A stretch of DNA of 64,000 nt. It comes from Myxococcales bacterium. Its GTDB lineage: Bacteria > Myxococcota_A > Polyangia > Polyangiales > DASUME01. Below the pieces are notes generated by a model that did not search any database, was not told the origin of the DNA, and was given only the letters and a program-made list of their open reading frames with translations. Positions 19,886 to 29,291 of this stretch are shown piece by piece. Positions within the stretch are counted from its first letter, which is position 1; each line of letters begins with the position of its first letter. The position numbers were made by a program, and so were the translations under genes. The stretch covers positions 3,680,001 to 3,744,000 of the forward strand of contig JASGJH010000001.1 of the NCBI GenBank assembly GCA_047601445.1. Reading direction: 5' to 3'.

Positions 19886-20030
19886 CGCTCGCGCACGCCG
19901 TCGCCGTTCAGGTCAAAGTCCACGTCGCCGACCAAGTCCGGGCCGGGGAGACGTCGAGCAACCTCTGCCGTTCGCGAGCGTAGTGGTGGACATGGACGAC
20001 GACTTTTGACGGCGACGGCGTGCGTGAGCG
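19886..20030. repeat. REP-like inverted pair between convergent genes
   Basis: 22-bp arms at 19886-19907 and 20009-20030 with one mismatch; the unit recurs at 24555 and 46839-46955. Confidence 0.75.
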
Positions 20031-20089
20031 CTCCCGCATCGACGGAACACCTCACCCAGCGTCGCACCACCGACAACGTCAGGCTCTGG

Positions 20090-20572
20090 CTACAGCGCAC
20101 TCTCATTGCGCTGCGCGTTGACCACCAGCTGTTCGGCCAGGCCGTCGGCCAAGAGCCCCTCGATCTTGCCGCCGATCAGCGGCACGCGCGCGGTGATCTC
20201 GAAGGTAGACTCATAGTGACAGCCGGAGGAGCTCGGCGTCAGCGTGCTGCGGCCGCTAACCTTGCCGGGGAAGCCCTGGACCTCCACCGTGTAGTCCGCC
20301 ACCCAGCGATCGCCCTTGCGCGACCACGCGGTGCTCTCCACGGCGCGGTGCGTGGGCTCGAACAGGCGCCTGGCGAAGGCCGGGATGTCGATGGTCTTCT
20401 CGCGCGCGATCACCACGCGCACGCCGTCGCTGGTGGGCTCGACCCGCACGTCCACGTCGCGCTCCCCCGCGGCTTCGCAGCGGCGCTTGAGGAAGGCGGG
20501 GTCTTTCAACAGGGCGATGATCTGGTCGGGGTTAGCCGGGTACTCATAGTGGATCGTGCGCGCTGTCGGCAT
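20090..20572 (-). CDS. DUF2505 family (SRPBCC/START-like) protein
   Basis: C-terminal ARVPLIGGKIE motif; size fits. Confidence 0.8.
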   Translation of the reverse strand: MPTARTIHYEYPANPDQIIALLKDPAFLKRRCEAAGERDVDVRVEPTSDGVRVVIAREKTIDIPAFARRLFEPTHRAVESTAWSRKGDRWVADYTVEVQGFPGKVSGRSTLTPSSSGCHYESTFEITARVPLIGGKIEGLLADGLAEQLVVNAQRNESAL

Positions 20573-20745
20573 GGCGGGAAAGGTGCCACAACGGCCTATC
20601 GAACCGTACTGACAGGGAATGCCTGAAAAGATGACCGCTTTTGCCGAGACCGAGCCTAAGCAGTCAATGAGCTCACGTGCCCCAGGCTGGGTCGACAGTG
20701 TGAAGCGCTGACAGCGGAATGCTTACCGCAGACCTGCGCGTGTTC

Positions 20746-22011
20746 TCACGCTCGCGGGGCGTCCACGCGGACCGGCGCACCGCTCGGAGCCAGCTTGGAC
20801 TCGACGAGGGCCAGCATGAAGGGGAGCAGCGCCGCCAGAGAGGCCGTGACCATGGCCACGTGGTTCATCCCGACGAGCTTGCCGTCGGGCTCTGCGGCCA
20901 ACACCTGCGACGCGAACAGGGCACCGCTCGCCGCGGCCATGTGTTGCACGCAGGACTGGAGCGACATGAAGCGCGCGCGCTCGGTGGGATGGGGGACTCG
21001 GCTGGAGAGGGCTTGCATCGGCACGAAGCGGAAGGAGCCCGTGACCATGAACATCACGAACAACAGCATCACCGGGATGAGCATCACGGAGTGGATGAAG
21101 CCGAGATAGAGCGTGGTCACGTAGAGCACGCTGCCGATGGTCGCGCTGCGCCAGGGGCCGACCCGATCGGTGAGGCGCCCCGCGATGCGCAGGGTGGCGA
21201 AGCTCACGAGCCCGCCCGCCATGTACAAGAGGCCCAGATCCGCGCGCGGATAACCCAGGTTGAACTGCAGGTAGGCCGAGAGGTTGGGGATCAACGCGAA
21301 GTGGCCCGTCATGGAGACCACCGTGGTGAGCAGCGAGAGCGCGACCACGGGGCGTCTCAAGATGGAGAGCAACCCGAGCAACGTGCCGCGTTCCTGACTC
21401 AGGTGAGCGCGCATGGACGGCAAGAGCGGGATGCCCAGCAACGCCACCAGGAGTCCAAGCGCCGCCACCGCGAAGAAGGGCGTGCGCCAGCCGCCCATGG
21501 TGGCGAGCTTGAGGCCCATCGGTACGCCAAGCACCGAGGCCACCGAGAACGAGCTCATCACCACACCCATGGCGCGGCCGCGCCGCTCGACGGGCACGGT
21601 GTCCGCCACGATGGCGAGGGCCACCGAGGTTGCGGGTCCGCCGAACGCACCGGCCAGCACACGGGCACCGATCAGCGAGTAGAAGCCAGTGGCAAGGCCC
21701 CCCAGCGCGGTGGCCGCGACCAACCCCAGCACCGCGGCGACCAGCGCGCTACGGCGATCGAAGCGATCCAGGAAGGTGGCGCCCAAGATGCCACTGACAG
21801 CGGCGGCGGCCGTGTAGGCGCCGCCGACGACGCCGAGGTGCGAGGTGGCGATGCCGAGCTCCTGGGCGAAGTCCGGCCCGAGCGGCATGACCATCATGAA
21901 GTCGAGGACGTTGACGAACTGGACTGCCGCGATCAGCAAGAGGATCTTGCGCTCGCTGGGCAGCTCCTGGGCCGCCAGGACTTGAGGTTCGGCTGGATTT
22001 CGAATGGTCAT
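20746..22011 (-). CDS. MFS transporter (DHA1/AraJ-like efflux)
   Basis: LDFMMVMPLG, DRFDRR motif A, ARVLAGAFGG, about 12 TM. Confidence 0.9.
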   Translation of the reverse strand: MTIRNPAEPQVLAAQELPSERKILLLIAAVQFVNVLDFMMVMPLGPDFAQELGIATSHLGVVGGAYTAAAAVSGILGATFLDRFDRRSALVAAVLGLVAATALGGLATGFYSLIGARVLAGAFGGPATSVALAIVADTVPVERRGRAMGVVMSSFSVASVLGVPMGLKLATMGGWRTPFFAVAALGLLVALLGIPLLPSMRAHLSQERGTLLGLLSILRRPVVALSLLTTVVSMTGHFALIPNLSAYLQFNLGYPRADLGLLYMAGGLVSFATLRIAGRLTDRVGPWRSATIGSVLYVTTLYLGFIHSVMLIPVMLLFVMFMVTGSFRFVPMQALSSRVPHPTERARFMSLQSCVQHMAAASGALFASQVLAAEPDGKLVGMNHVAMVTASLAALLPFMLALVESKLAPSGAPVRVDAPRA

Positions 22012-22280
22012 GGGTGTGCGCGCGACGCAGGCGCCCGGCGCGGACCCTAGAACATCGCGGGATCCAGTCGCAAGATCCTCAGCCGGCGTAACACGATCAG
22101 CCGCGAAATGCCGGCGTTCAGCCAGAGTAGGTGCTCACCGGCGCGGGCATGAACACATGGGGCAGCCAGTGCTGGCTAGTTGGGTGGGCCCGCACACGGG
22201 CGTCACCCGCAAGGCCCCTCGAGACCCGGCAGATTCGCGCTTGAGTCGAGATGTGGCAGAGTGCCGGCCGGAGGCTCCCC

Positions 22281-22652
22281 ATGACTGCCCCTCGCATCGA
22301 GTCGTTCGAAGACTTTTGGCCCTATTACGTGGGCGCCCACCGCAACCCGAAGAACCGCGCGTTTCACTACGTGGGAACCAGCAGCGCCGTGCTGTGCGCC
22401 ACGGTGGGGGTCCTGACCCAGAATCCGTTGTTGGTCCTGGCAGCTCCGGTGGTCGGCTACGGCCCCGCCTGGATCGGTCACTTTCTGATCGAGGGGAACA
22501 AGCCCGCCACCTTCGGCTACGCGCGTTACTCGCTGATGGCCGACTTCAAAATGTTGGGCCTGGCCCTGCGCGGCAAGATGGCGGACGAGGTCACGCGCCT
22601 GTTCGGCAGCCCTGCCCCGACCCGCGATGCTCCCATGCTCGCCACCCGCTGA
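22281..22652 (+). CDS. DUF962/Mpo1-like protein
   Basis: FWPYYVGAH..NRAFHYVG, AWIGHFLIEGNKPATF; GGAGG RBS. Confidence 0.9.
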   Translation: MTAPRIESFEDFWPYYVGAHRNPKNRAFHYVGTSSAVLCATVGVLTQNPLLVLAAPVVGYGPAWIGHFLIEGNKPATFGYARYSLMADFKMLGLALRGKMADEVTRLFGSPAPTRDAPMLATR

Positions 22653-22664
22653 CGCGTGATTCGA

Positions 22665-23171
22665 ATGCTCCAGCCAAGACTTGGTCTCCCGCTCGCGCTG
22701 TGTCTCGTGAGCTGTATCCAGATCGGCCCTCAGGACAAGAAGGACGACGATAGCAGCTCCAGCACGCCGGCCCCCTTTGCAGGCACCTGGACCTACGCCG
22801 AGCCGCTCGCTCCCTGCTCGCACTTCCTCATCTTCCTCAAGCGCGAAGACGTAGACAGCTACGAGATCGACCTCGCGTGCAATCTCGCCAATGGCGGCGT
22901 GGGCATGCAGGTGGAGTCCGGCGAGTTCGTCCTGGACGAGGACGGCGTGACCATGTTCATGCCCACACGGGCCACTTGCACGAGTGGCCTGGTGACGCCT
23001 CACACCGACACCGTGGTTCAAAACGGCGAGCTCCAGCTCAGCGTGAAGAACGCGGCGGGTGTGGTGCAAGCCTACGACCGCGTGTCGTCGACGGGCCTCG
23101 GGCCGAGCACAACGCTGGGCTGCTTCAGCAGCGACGGCAGCTTCACGCCGAGCTCGCTGACCCAGCTCTGA
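22665..23171 (+). CDS. Hypothetical lipoprotein
   Basis: LVSC lipobox; coding-like codon usage. Confidence 0.65.
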   Translation: MLQPRLGLPLALCLVSCIQIGPQDKKDDDSSSSTPAPFAGTWTYAEPLAPCSHFLIFLKREDVDSYEIDLACNLANGGVGMQVESGEFVLDEDGVTMFMPTRATCTSGLVTPHTDTVVQNGELQLSVKNAAGVVQAYDRVSSTGLGPSTTLGCFSSDGSFTPSSLTQL

Positions 23172-23261
23172 AGGGCCCTCGCCGCTACGGCAAGCCTGCG
23201 GTGCTAGCCTGGGCGGGTGCAGCTCGAGTCGGAGCATCGCGTAAGTCCACAGCACGCCACG

Positions 23262-24539
23262 GTGAGCGCACGCGCACGCCTACGCAGCGTGTTCGTCGGA
23301 TCCGTCGGCAATCTGGTGGAGTGGTACGACTTCTACGCGTACGCGGCCTTTAGTCTGTACTTCGCCGGGCACTTTTTTCCCGAGGGCGACGAGTTGGCCC
23401 AGCAGCTCTCGGCGGCCCTGGTCTTCGCCTTCGGCTTCCTGGTGCGCCCCCTCGGCGGCTTCCTGTTCGGGCGCATGGCGGACCAGCGTGGTCGTCGACG
23501 TGCCCTGACGGTGTCCGTGCTGCTGATGTGCTTCGGCTCTCTCTTGATCGCGATCACACCCGGCTATGCGGAGATCGGCCACGCAGCGCCCGCCATGCTG
23601 GTGCTGGCGCGCGTGATTCAAGGGCTGAGTTTGGGCGGCGAATACGGAGCGAGCGCGACCTATTTGAGCGAAGTCGCAGACCCGGCGCGCCGCGGCTTTT
23701 GGTCGAGCTTCCAGTACGTGACCTTGCTGGGCGGACAGCTGCTCGCGATCGTGGTGCTGCTGGTGTTGCAGTCGTGGTTGCTCGACGAAGCGCAGCTCAA
23801 GGCCTGGGGCTGGCGCATCCCCTTCGCGCTCGGCGCCGCCTTCGCACTGGTGGCGACGCTCATGCGCAGGGACCTCCACGAGAGCGCGGAGTTCGTGGCC
23901 CTCGAAGGCAGCTCGCGTCACGAGAGCTCGCTGCGCGCCCTGGCACGCTATCCGCGCGAGGTGGCCATCGTGGTCGGATTGACGGCCGGAGGGACCGCGG
24001 CCTTCTACACGTACACCACGTACATGCAGAAGTTCCTCAAGCTCTCGGTGGGACTGTCGGCGCGCGAAACCACGCTGGTCACGGCGGCATCGCTGATGTT
24101 CGCCATGCTCCTGCAGCCACTCTACGGTGCGCTTTCCGACCGCATCGGCCGCAAGGCGCTCCTGATCACCTTCGGTGCGCTGGGCACGCTGTTCACGGTG
24201 CCCCTGTTGAGCGCCATTCAGCACACGCGCAGTCCGCTCGCGGCGCTGGGCCTCTTGTGCGCTGCATGGATCATCGTTTCTGGTTACACCTCCATCAACG
24301 CGGTCGTGAAGGCCGAGCTGTTCCCCGCGCGCGTGCGCGCCACGGGGGTGGGCCTGCCCTACGCGATCACGGTGTCGATCTTCGGTGGCAGCGCGGAGTC
24401 CGTGGCGCTGGCCTTCAAACAGGCGGGCCACGAGCACTGGTTCTACTGGTACCTCACAGGCTGCATTGCGCTGTCGCTATTGGTGTACTCGAGCATGCGC
24501 GACACGCGGAGGGTCTCGGCGATGAGTGGGGAAGAATGA
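23262..24539 (+). CDS. kgtP: MFS metabolite:H+ symporter (alpha-ketoglutarate permease KgtP-like)
   Basis: GSVGNLVEWYDFYAY, QGLSLGGEYGASATYLSE, YTYTTYMQKFL, YTSINAVVKAELFP; start uncertain. Confidence 0.85.
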   Translation: MSARARLRSVFVGSVGNLVEWYDFYAYAAFSLYFAGHFFPEGDELAQQLSAALVFAFGFLVRPLGGFLFGRMADQRGRRRALTVSVLLMCFGSLLIAITPGYAEIGHAAPAMLVLARVIQGLSLGGEYGASATYLSEVADPARRGFWSSFQYVTLLGGQLLAIVVLLVLQSWLLDEAQLKAWGWRIPFALGAAFALVATLMRRDLHESAEFVALEGSSRHESSLRALARYPREVAIVVGLTAGGTAAFYTYTTYMQKFLKLSVGLSARETTLVTAASLMFAMLLQPLYGALSDRIGRKALLITFGALGTLFTVPLLSAIQHTRSPLAALGLLCAAWIIVSGYTSINAVVKAELFPARVRATGVGLPYAITVSIFGGSAESVALAFKQAGHEHWFYWYLTGCIALSLLVYSSMRDTRRVSAMSGEE

Positions 24540-24554
24540 GCGTCAAACGTGGAG

Positions 24555-24599
24555 CGCTCCCGCACACCGTCGCCGTCAATGTTCACGCCTACGACCAAG
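24555..24599. repeat. Single REP-like unit between convergent genes
   Basis: cgctcccgcacaccgtcgccgtcaatgttcacgcctacgaccaag resembles 19886-19939 and 46908-46955. Confidence 0.6.
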
Positions 24600-24618
24600 A
24601 TGACGAACCGACGCCGCG

Positions 24619-25068
24619 TCAAGCTTGCGAAGGCTTGAGACTCCGGGTGCCCAGGTAGGCGAAGGCGAGCAAGACGATCAGGTCCACGGCGGGGGGAATC
24701 AGGGTGCGGGGACCGTGGTAGAGCGCATTGCCGAGGGGAGAATCCGAGGTGCGCAGGTCCAGATAGGTGTAGTGCGCTTCGATCAAGAACAGCACGCGCG
24801 CCACCGTCCGCTGGTGTTCGCCGCGCTCCACGTAGCGGCCCAGCAGGCCGATCAGCACGCCGAGCACGACCATGTGCACGAACACCCAGTGGAAGAAGTC
24901 CGCGAAGTGCGGTGAATCCAGGGTCTCCTGGGGTAGCCCGAAGGGTGCCATCGCGACCTTCGCGCCCTGCAACACCATGGAACTCGCCAGGAACACGTAG
25001 ACGAAGGCCACGCTGGTGCAGACGGTCTTGAAACCCGGCAGCGTGGTTTGCGCGGCAAGGGGCGTCAT
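24619..25068 (-). CDS. Hypothetical membrane protein (about 4 TM)
   Basis: Hydrophobic segments; GGAG RBS. Confidence 0.7.
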   Translation of the reverse strand: MTPLAAQTTLPGFKTVCTSVAFVYVFLASSMVLQGAKVAMAPFGLPQETLDSPHFADFFHWVFVHMVVLGVLIGLLGRYVERGEHQRTVARVLFLIEAHYTYLDLRTSDSPLGNALYHGPRTLIPPAVDLIVLLAFAYLGTRSLKPSQA

Positions 25069-25158
25069 GGGTCTCCGGGGCAGACGGTCTCACCGCAAGC
25101 GGGTTCGAACCGAGCTCCCTTCCTCCTAGGGTCCGGGCGCGCGCGCAGACAAGGGTGA

Positions 25159-26808
25159 TCACCAATCGGTGGGCACGTAGTCCTTGAGGAACAAGCCCCA
25201 CACGTGTTGGCCCGTGTTGATGCCGGCGAAGATGGGGTCCACGATGCGTGCCGCGCCGTCGACGATGTCGAGGGGCGGATGGAAGCCCTGTTCGCGCGTC
25301 TTGCGGGCAGCCAGCTCGGCGGCGTCCTCGTCGGTGACCCAGCCGGTGTCCACGCTGTTCATGTGGATGCCGGACTTGACGTAATCGGCGGCCGAGGTGC
25401 GGGTCATCATGTTGAGGGCCGCCTTGGCCATGTTGGTGTGCGGGTGCTTGTCGGTCTTGAAGGTGCGGTAGAACTGCCCCTCCATCGCCGACACGTTCAC
25501 GATGTGCTTGTCGCGCGTGGAGCTGCGTTCCATCAGCGTCTTGAGGCGCGCGTTGAGCAAGAAGGGCGCGACCGAGTTCACGAGCTGCACCTCGAGGAGC
25601 TCCACCGCGGAGACCTCGGCCAATCCCAAGCGCCAGCTGTTGCGCTTGCGCAGGTCCACCTGCTGCAAGTCGGCGTCGAGCTGGCCCTCGGGAAATAGGT
25701 GGACACCGCGCGCGAGGTCCTCGTCGATGAGCGCGAGCTGGGAGAGCGCGGCCGACTCGAGCAGTCCGGCGGCGTGACTCGCGGAGTCCTGAGGCGTCGT
25801 GCCCGCGAGCTGGTCGCCGCGCCCGAGCGCCTTGTGGTGGGCGCTCTGACGCAGGCGCTCGTACTCCGAGAGCAGGCTGCGCTCACGGGCGGGCAAGCTG
25901 GCCACGGGCACCTGCTCCGCACGCATCAGGTGCTGGTAGAAGCCGGCCGGTCGCCGCACGGTCTGGCAGGCGTTGTTGATGATGAAGTCGAGTTGATCGA
26001 ACGAGCCTTCGAGGTGCCTGGCGAAGACCTCCACGCTCGGCGTGTGGCGAAGATCGAGCCCGCAGATCTGCAGGCGCTCCCCCCAGTGCTCGAAGTCGGG
26101 CTCGCGCGCGTAGCGCGCCGCAGCGTCGCGCGGGAAGCGGGTCGTTACGATGACGCGCGCGCCGGCGCGCAACAACATGATGCCGGCCTGATAGCCGATT
26201 TTCACGCGAGCGCCGGTGATCAGGGCCACGCGCCCGCGCAGGTCCGCGGTGTGGGAGCGCTTGCTCCAGTTGAAGTCGCCGCACGTGTCGCACATCGAGT
26301 CGTAGAAGAAGTGCAGCTTGCGGAAGCGCCGTTTGCACACGTAGCAGGCGCGCTCCTCACTGACCTCGGCGGTCACGCTCCACACAGACTCCGCAGGCAG
26401 CTGCAGCGCCGCGTCGATGTCGGCGCCCGCGGCCACGGGCGGCGGGTTCAACTGGGGCGTGAGGAAGACCTCTTCCTGGCGCTTCTTGCGGATGCCCACC
26501 TGCGACAGCACCAACTCGTCGGCAGCCCGCTGGGCTTCGCGGCGCTTCTTGGCTGCCGCACGCACTAGCTCCCGCTTCGCCCACGGGTCGGGTCGCGCCA
26601 CCTCCCCTGCGGCGCGCAGCAACCGTGCGCGCTGCTCGTCCGTAAGCTCGGCCAGCAGCGCGCGGCGTTCGCGCACTGCCTCCAGAAACTCGATGGCGAC
26701 CTGGGCTTGCTCGCGTAGCGACTCCGCACTGGGCACGAGCTCCTCCGCGCTGGGCACGGGCTCGGCCAGCGCCTGCTGGGTCTCGTCTGGAATGGAACGG
26801 CTGGTCAC
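25159..26808 (-). CDS. SDR family oxidoreductase with N-terminal CxxC..CxxC region
   Basis: CYVC/CDTC, ITGARVKIG, INNA, HTNMAKAALNMMT. Confidence 0.88.
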   Translation of the reverse strand: MTSRSIPDETQQALAEPVPSAEELVPSAESLREQAQVAIEFLEAVRERRALLAELTDEQRARLLRAAGEVARPDPWAKRELVRAAAKKRREAQRAADELVLSQVGIRKKRQEEVFLTPQLNPPPVAAGADIDAALQLPAESVWSVTAEVSEERACYVCKRRFRKLHFFYDSMCDTCGDFNWSKRSHTADLRGRVALITGARVKIGYQAGIMLLRAGARVIVTTRFPRDAAARYAREPDFEHWGERLQICGLDLRHTPSVEVFARHLEGSFDQLDFIINNACQTVRRPAGFYQHLMRAEQVPVASLPARERSLLSEYERLRQSAHHKALGRGDQLAGTTPQDSASHAAGLLESAALSQLALIDEDLARGVHLFPEGQLDADLQQVDLRKRNSWRLGLAEVSAVELLEVQLVNSVAPFLLNARLKTLMERSSTRDKHIVNVSAMEGQFYRTFKTDKHPHTNMAKAALNMMTRTSAADYVKSGIHMNSVDTGWVTDEDAAELAARKTREQGFHPPLDIVDGAARIVDPIFAGINTGQHVWGLFLKDYVPTDW

Positions 26809-26838
26809 GGCGGCCCGAGCATAGCCGCGTCCGCGCGC

Positions 26839-27408
26839 TCAGCTACTGGCCAGGATTTCCCGCTGTTTCAGGCGCTCGGCCCGGGCCGCGAGGCGCACCC
26901 GACGACGCTGTTCCATGAGCAGATAGCTGGCGCCAAACCCCATGGCCGCCGTCGCAGTGGCCACCACCAACACCCCGAAGAGAAACGCGATCACATGGCC
27001 GCGCGCGTCGTGCCAGAGCCGCGTCGAGATCTCACCGGCGTTCGTCAAAGTGAGCTTCTGTACCTCGGCGAGCAGATCGACCTGCACGGCGGCCGGACGC
27101 AAAAGAGGCAAGCCAACCCCGAAATAGGCCAGCGGATAGAAGAACAGGAACAGCGTCGGCGGGGTCGCGACGAAGGACGACACCAGCGCTGGCCCCTTGG
27201 GGACGCGCGCGATGTGAGCGGCCAACGCGGTGAGCGCCAGTGCGATGCCGAGCGTGGGCAGCACGGCGATCCAGATGCCGAGCGCCACCGACCAGGCCAC
27301 GCGGCCGCTGTGACCGTGACGGGGCAACAGCCGATGCGCGTAATAGCGGAGCGTGCGGGAGAAACTGCGGCGCCTGGGTGCGCGCGCGCGGACGCGCGGG
27401 GAACTCAT
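26839..27408 (-). CDS. DUF2062 family membrane protein
   Basis: VAWSVALGIWIAVLP..G pattern; C-terminal TM followed by a basic tail. Confidence 0.7.
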   Translation of the reverse strand: MSSPRVRARAPRRRSFSRTLRYYAHRLLPRHGHSGRVAWSVALGIWIAVLPTLGIALALTALAAHIARVPKGPALVSSFVATPPTLFLFFYPLAYFGVGLPLLRPAAVQVDLLAEVQKLTLTNAGEISTRLWHDARGHVIAFLFGVLVVATATAAMGFGASYLLMEQRRRVRLAARAERLKQREILASS

Positions 27409-27485
27409 GGTGACGCCAGCCTAGCAGACGCCGGTCACAACGTGGCGCAGGCGACGAGACAGAGGCGCCCAGCCCACGCTCGCAC

Positions 27486-28181
27486 TCAGCGCAAGACGTC
27501 GGCCAGCAGATTGATGGCGAGCGCGACGATGGTCGTGTTGTAAGCGAACGAGAGCACCGAGTGAGCGAGCACCCAGCGCCGAAACGACGAGCGTGAGACC
27601 CCCACGTCCGAAACCTGGAAGGTCATGCCCACGGTGAAGGAGAAGTACGCGAAGTCGAAGTCGTCTGGCTGCTCGCCACCCGGGAAGTCGAGGCCGCCGA
27701 TGCCCCCGTCGTCATCGTAGTAGAGGTGGGCGTAGCGCAAGGTGAAGGCGGTGTGCGTCACCGCCCAGGCAGAGATCACGGCCCAGAAGGACAAAGCCGC
27801 CAGGAGCGCGCGATGCTCGGCGGGGGCCAACTCTGCGCTGTGCATGATCAACACGGCCGATACCAGGCCCACGATGCTCGCCAGCAGCACCAGGATCCAC
27901 ACGGCACGCCGTCCCGGGTCCTCCTCGGCTGCCCGCCCCTCCACCACCCCGGCATCTCCCGAGAAGACCCCGAACCAAACCAGGCTGAGGTGGAATACGG
28001 TGGCCACGTCCCAGCCGGCCACCGAGCGCAGCGGCGCGCCCCACTCGGGCGGACCGACCAACGCTGCGCACAGACCGGTCAGCGTGCAGATCAAGAGGCG
28101 CCCCACCGTGCTGCGCGGATCGAACCAGGCGAAGGGGGCAGGTTTGGGACCGCGTGGCGCGGGCACCGGCTCGTTGCTCAC
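27486..28181 (-). CDS. DUF1345 membrane protein
   Basis: FTLRYAHLYY, DFAYFSFTVGMTFQVSD; start uncertain. Confidence 0.88.
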   Translation of the reverse strand: MSNEPVPAPRGPKPAPFAWFDPRSTVGRLLICTLTGLCAALVGPPEWGAPLRSVAGWDVATVFHLSLVWFGVFSGDAGVVEGRAAEEDPGRRAVWILVLLASIVGLVSAVLIMHSAELAPAEHRALLAALSFWAVISAWAVTHTAFTLRYAHLYYDDDGGIGGLDFPGGEQPDDFDFAYFSFTVGMTFQVSDVGVSRSSFRRWVLAHSVLSFAYNTTIVALAINLLADVLR

Positions 28182-28322
28182 AGGGTCAGTCTGCCCAAAC
28201 CCCGGCGCTCGATCCAATTCGTTCGGTCTCTCGTGCCGAGGCGGCAAGCCCCCGTGGGCCCTTCATTTTCGCGAGCGCTCTCGATACTGGCTCGACGGTC
28301 GCCGCGCTGCGATGCTTGGCCC

Positions 28323-29291
28323 ATGGCAGGCAGTCTCGCGGACCGGCTTCATGGGCACCTCTACACCGTAGGGCCGCGCCTCATGGGGCGCATTTCTCCC
28401 CAGCCCGAGCCGCCGCACCGCGTGTGGAAACGGCGCGTGGTGGAGGCCGGGCGGGACGTCACGCTGTCGGGGCTCCTGAGCGAACCCGAGGCGCGAAGCG
28501 CGCGCTCGAACACACTGGCCATCGTGCTTCATGGTTGTGGCGGAAAACCGTCGAGTCACTACACCACGCAGCTCGCCTATCACCTCTATCAAGCCGGTCA
28601 CACGGTGCTGCGCCTGGCCTGGCGCGGCTCCGACCTGGAGGGCGAGGACTTCTATCACGCGGGCCAAACCGCCGACCTGCACGCAGTGCTCGAGGATCCC
28701 GCGCTCGCTCATCATCAGCAGGTGTGGGCCATCGGTTTCTCACTCGGTGGCCACGCATGCCTGCACTTCGCGCACGAGTCCACCGACGCGCGCCTGGTGA
28801 AGGTGGCCGCCATCTGCCCGGTGCTGAACCTGATCCAGACGAATCACTTCATCGACAGCTCGCAAGCGGCTCTCTATCGAATCTACACGCTGCGAGGCCT
28901 GCGTGAGGGCTACGCCAAGGCCGCCGCCCGCGGACGCACGCCGACCGATCTCGCGGCGGTGTCGCGTGCCAACACCTTCCGTGCCTACGACGCGCTCACG
29001 GTGGTGCCTCGCTACGGTTTCACGTCGGTGGACGACTACTACACGCGCAGCTGCGTCTCCCGCATCGTCGATCGCATCACGCGACCCACGCTCATCCTCT
29101 CGGCGCGCCACGATCCCATGCTGCCCTGGCAGATCGCGGACGGCATGCGCGCGCGCTTCTCCTCGGCGATCACCTTCCGTTGGGCCGAGCGCGGCGGCCA
29201 CTGCGCCTTTCCGAGCGACGTGGATCTGGGCCTCGACCAGGGCGGCAGCGGCTTCGAAGACCAGCTCCACCGCTGGCTACTCGGCGAGTGA
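28323..29291 (+). CDS. YheT-like alpha/beta hydrolase
   Basis: LHG..G, YHAG.T.DL, GFSLGG, YGF.SVDDYY, DP, GGHCAF. Confidence 0.88.
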   Translation: MAGSLADRLHGHLYTVGPRLMGRISPQPEPPHRVWKRRVVEAGRDVTLSGLLSEPEARSARSNTLAIVLHGCGGKPSSHYTTQLAYHLYQAGHTVLRLAWRGSDLEGEDFYHAGQTADLHAVLEDPALAHHQQVWAIGFSLGGHACLHFAHESTDARLVKVAAICPVLNLIQTNHFIDSSQAALYRIYTLRGLREGYAKAAARGRTPTDLAAVSRANTFRAYDALTVVPRYGFTSVDDYYTRSCVSRIVDRITRPTLILSARHDPMLPWQIADGMRARFSSAITFRWAERGGHCAFPSDVDLGLDQGGSGFEDQLHRWLLGE

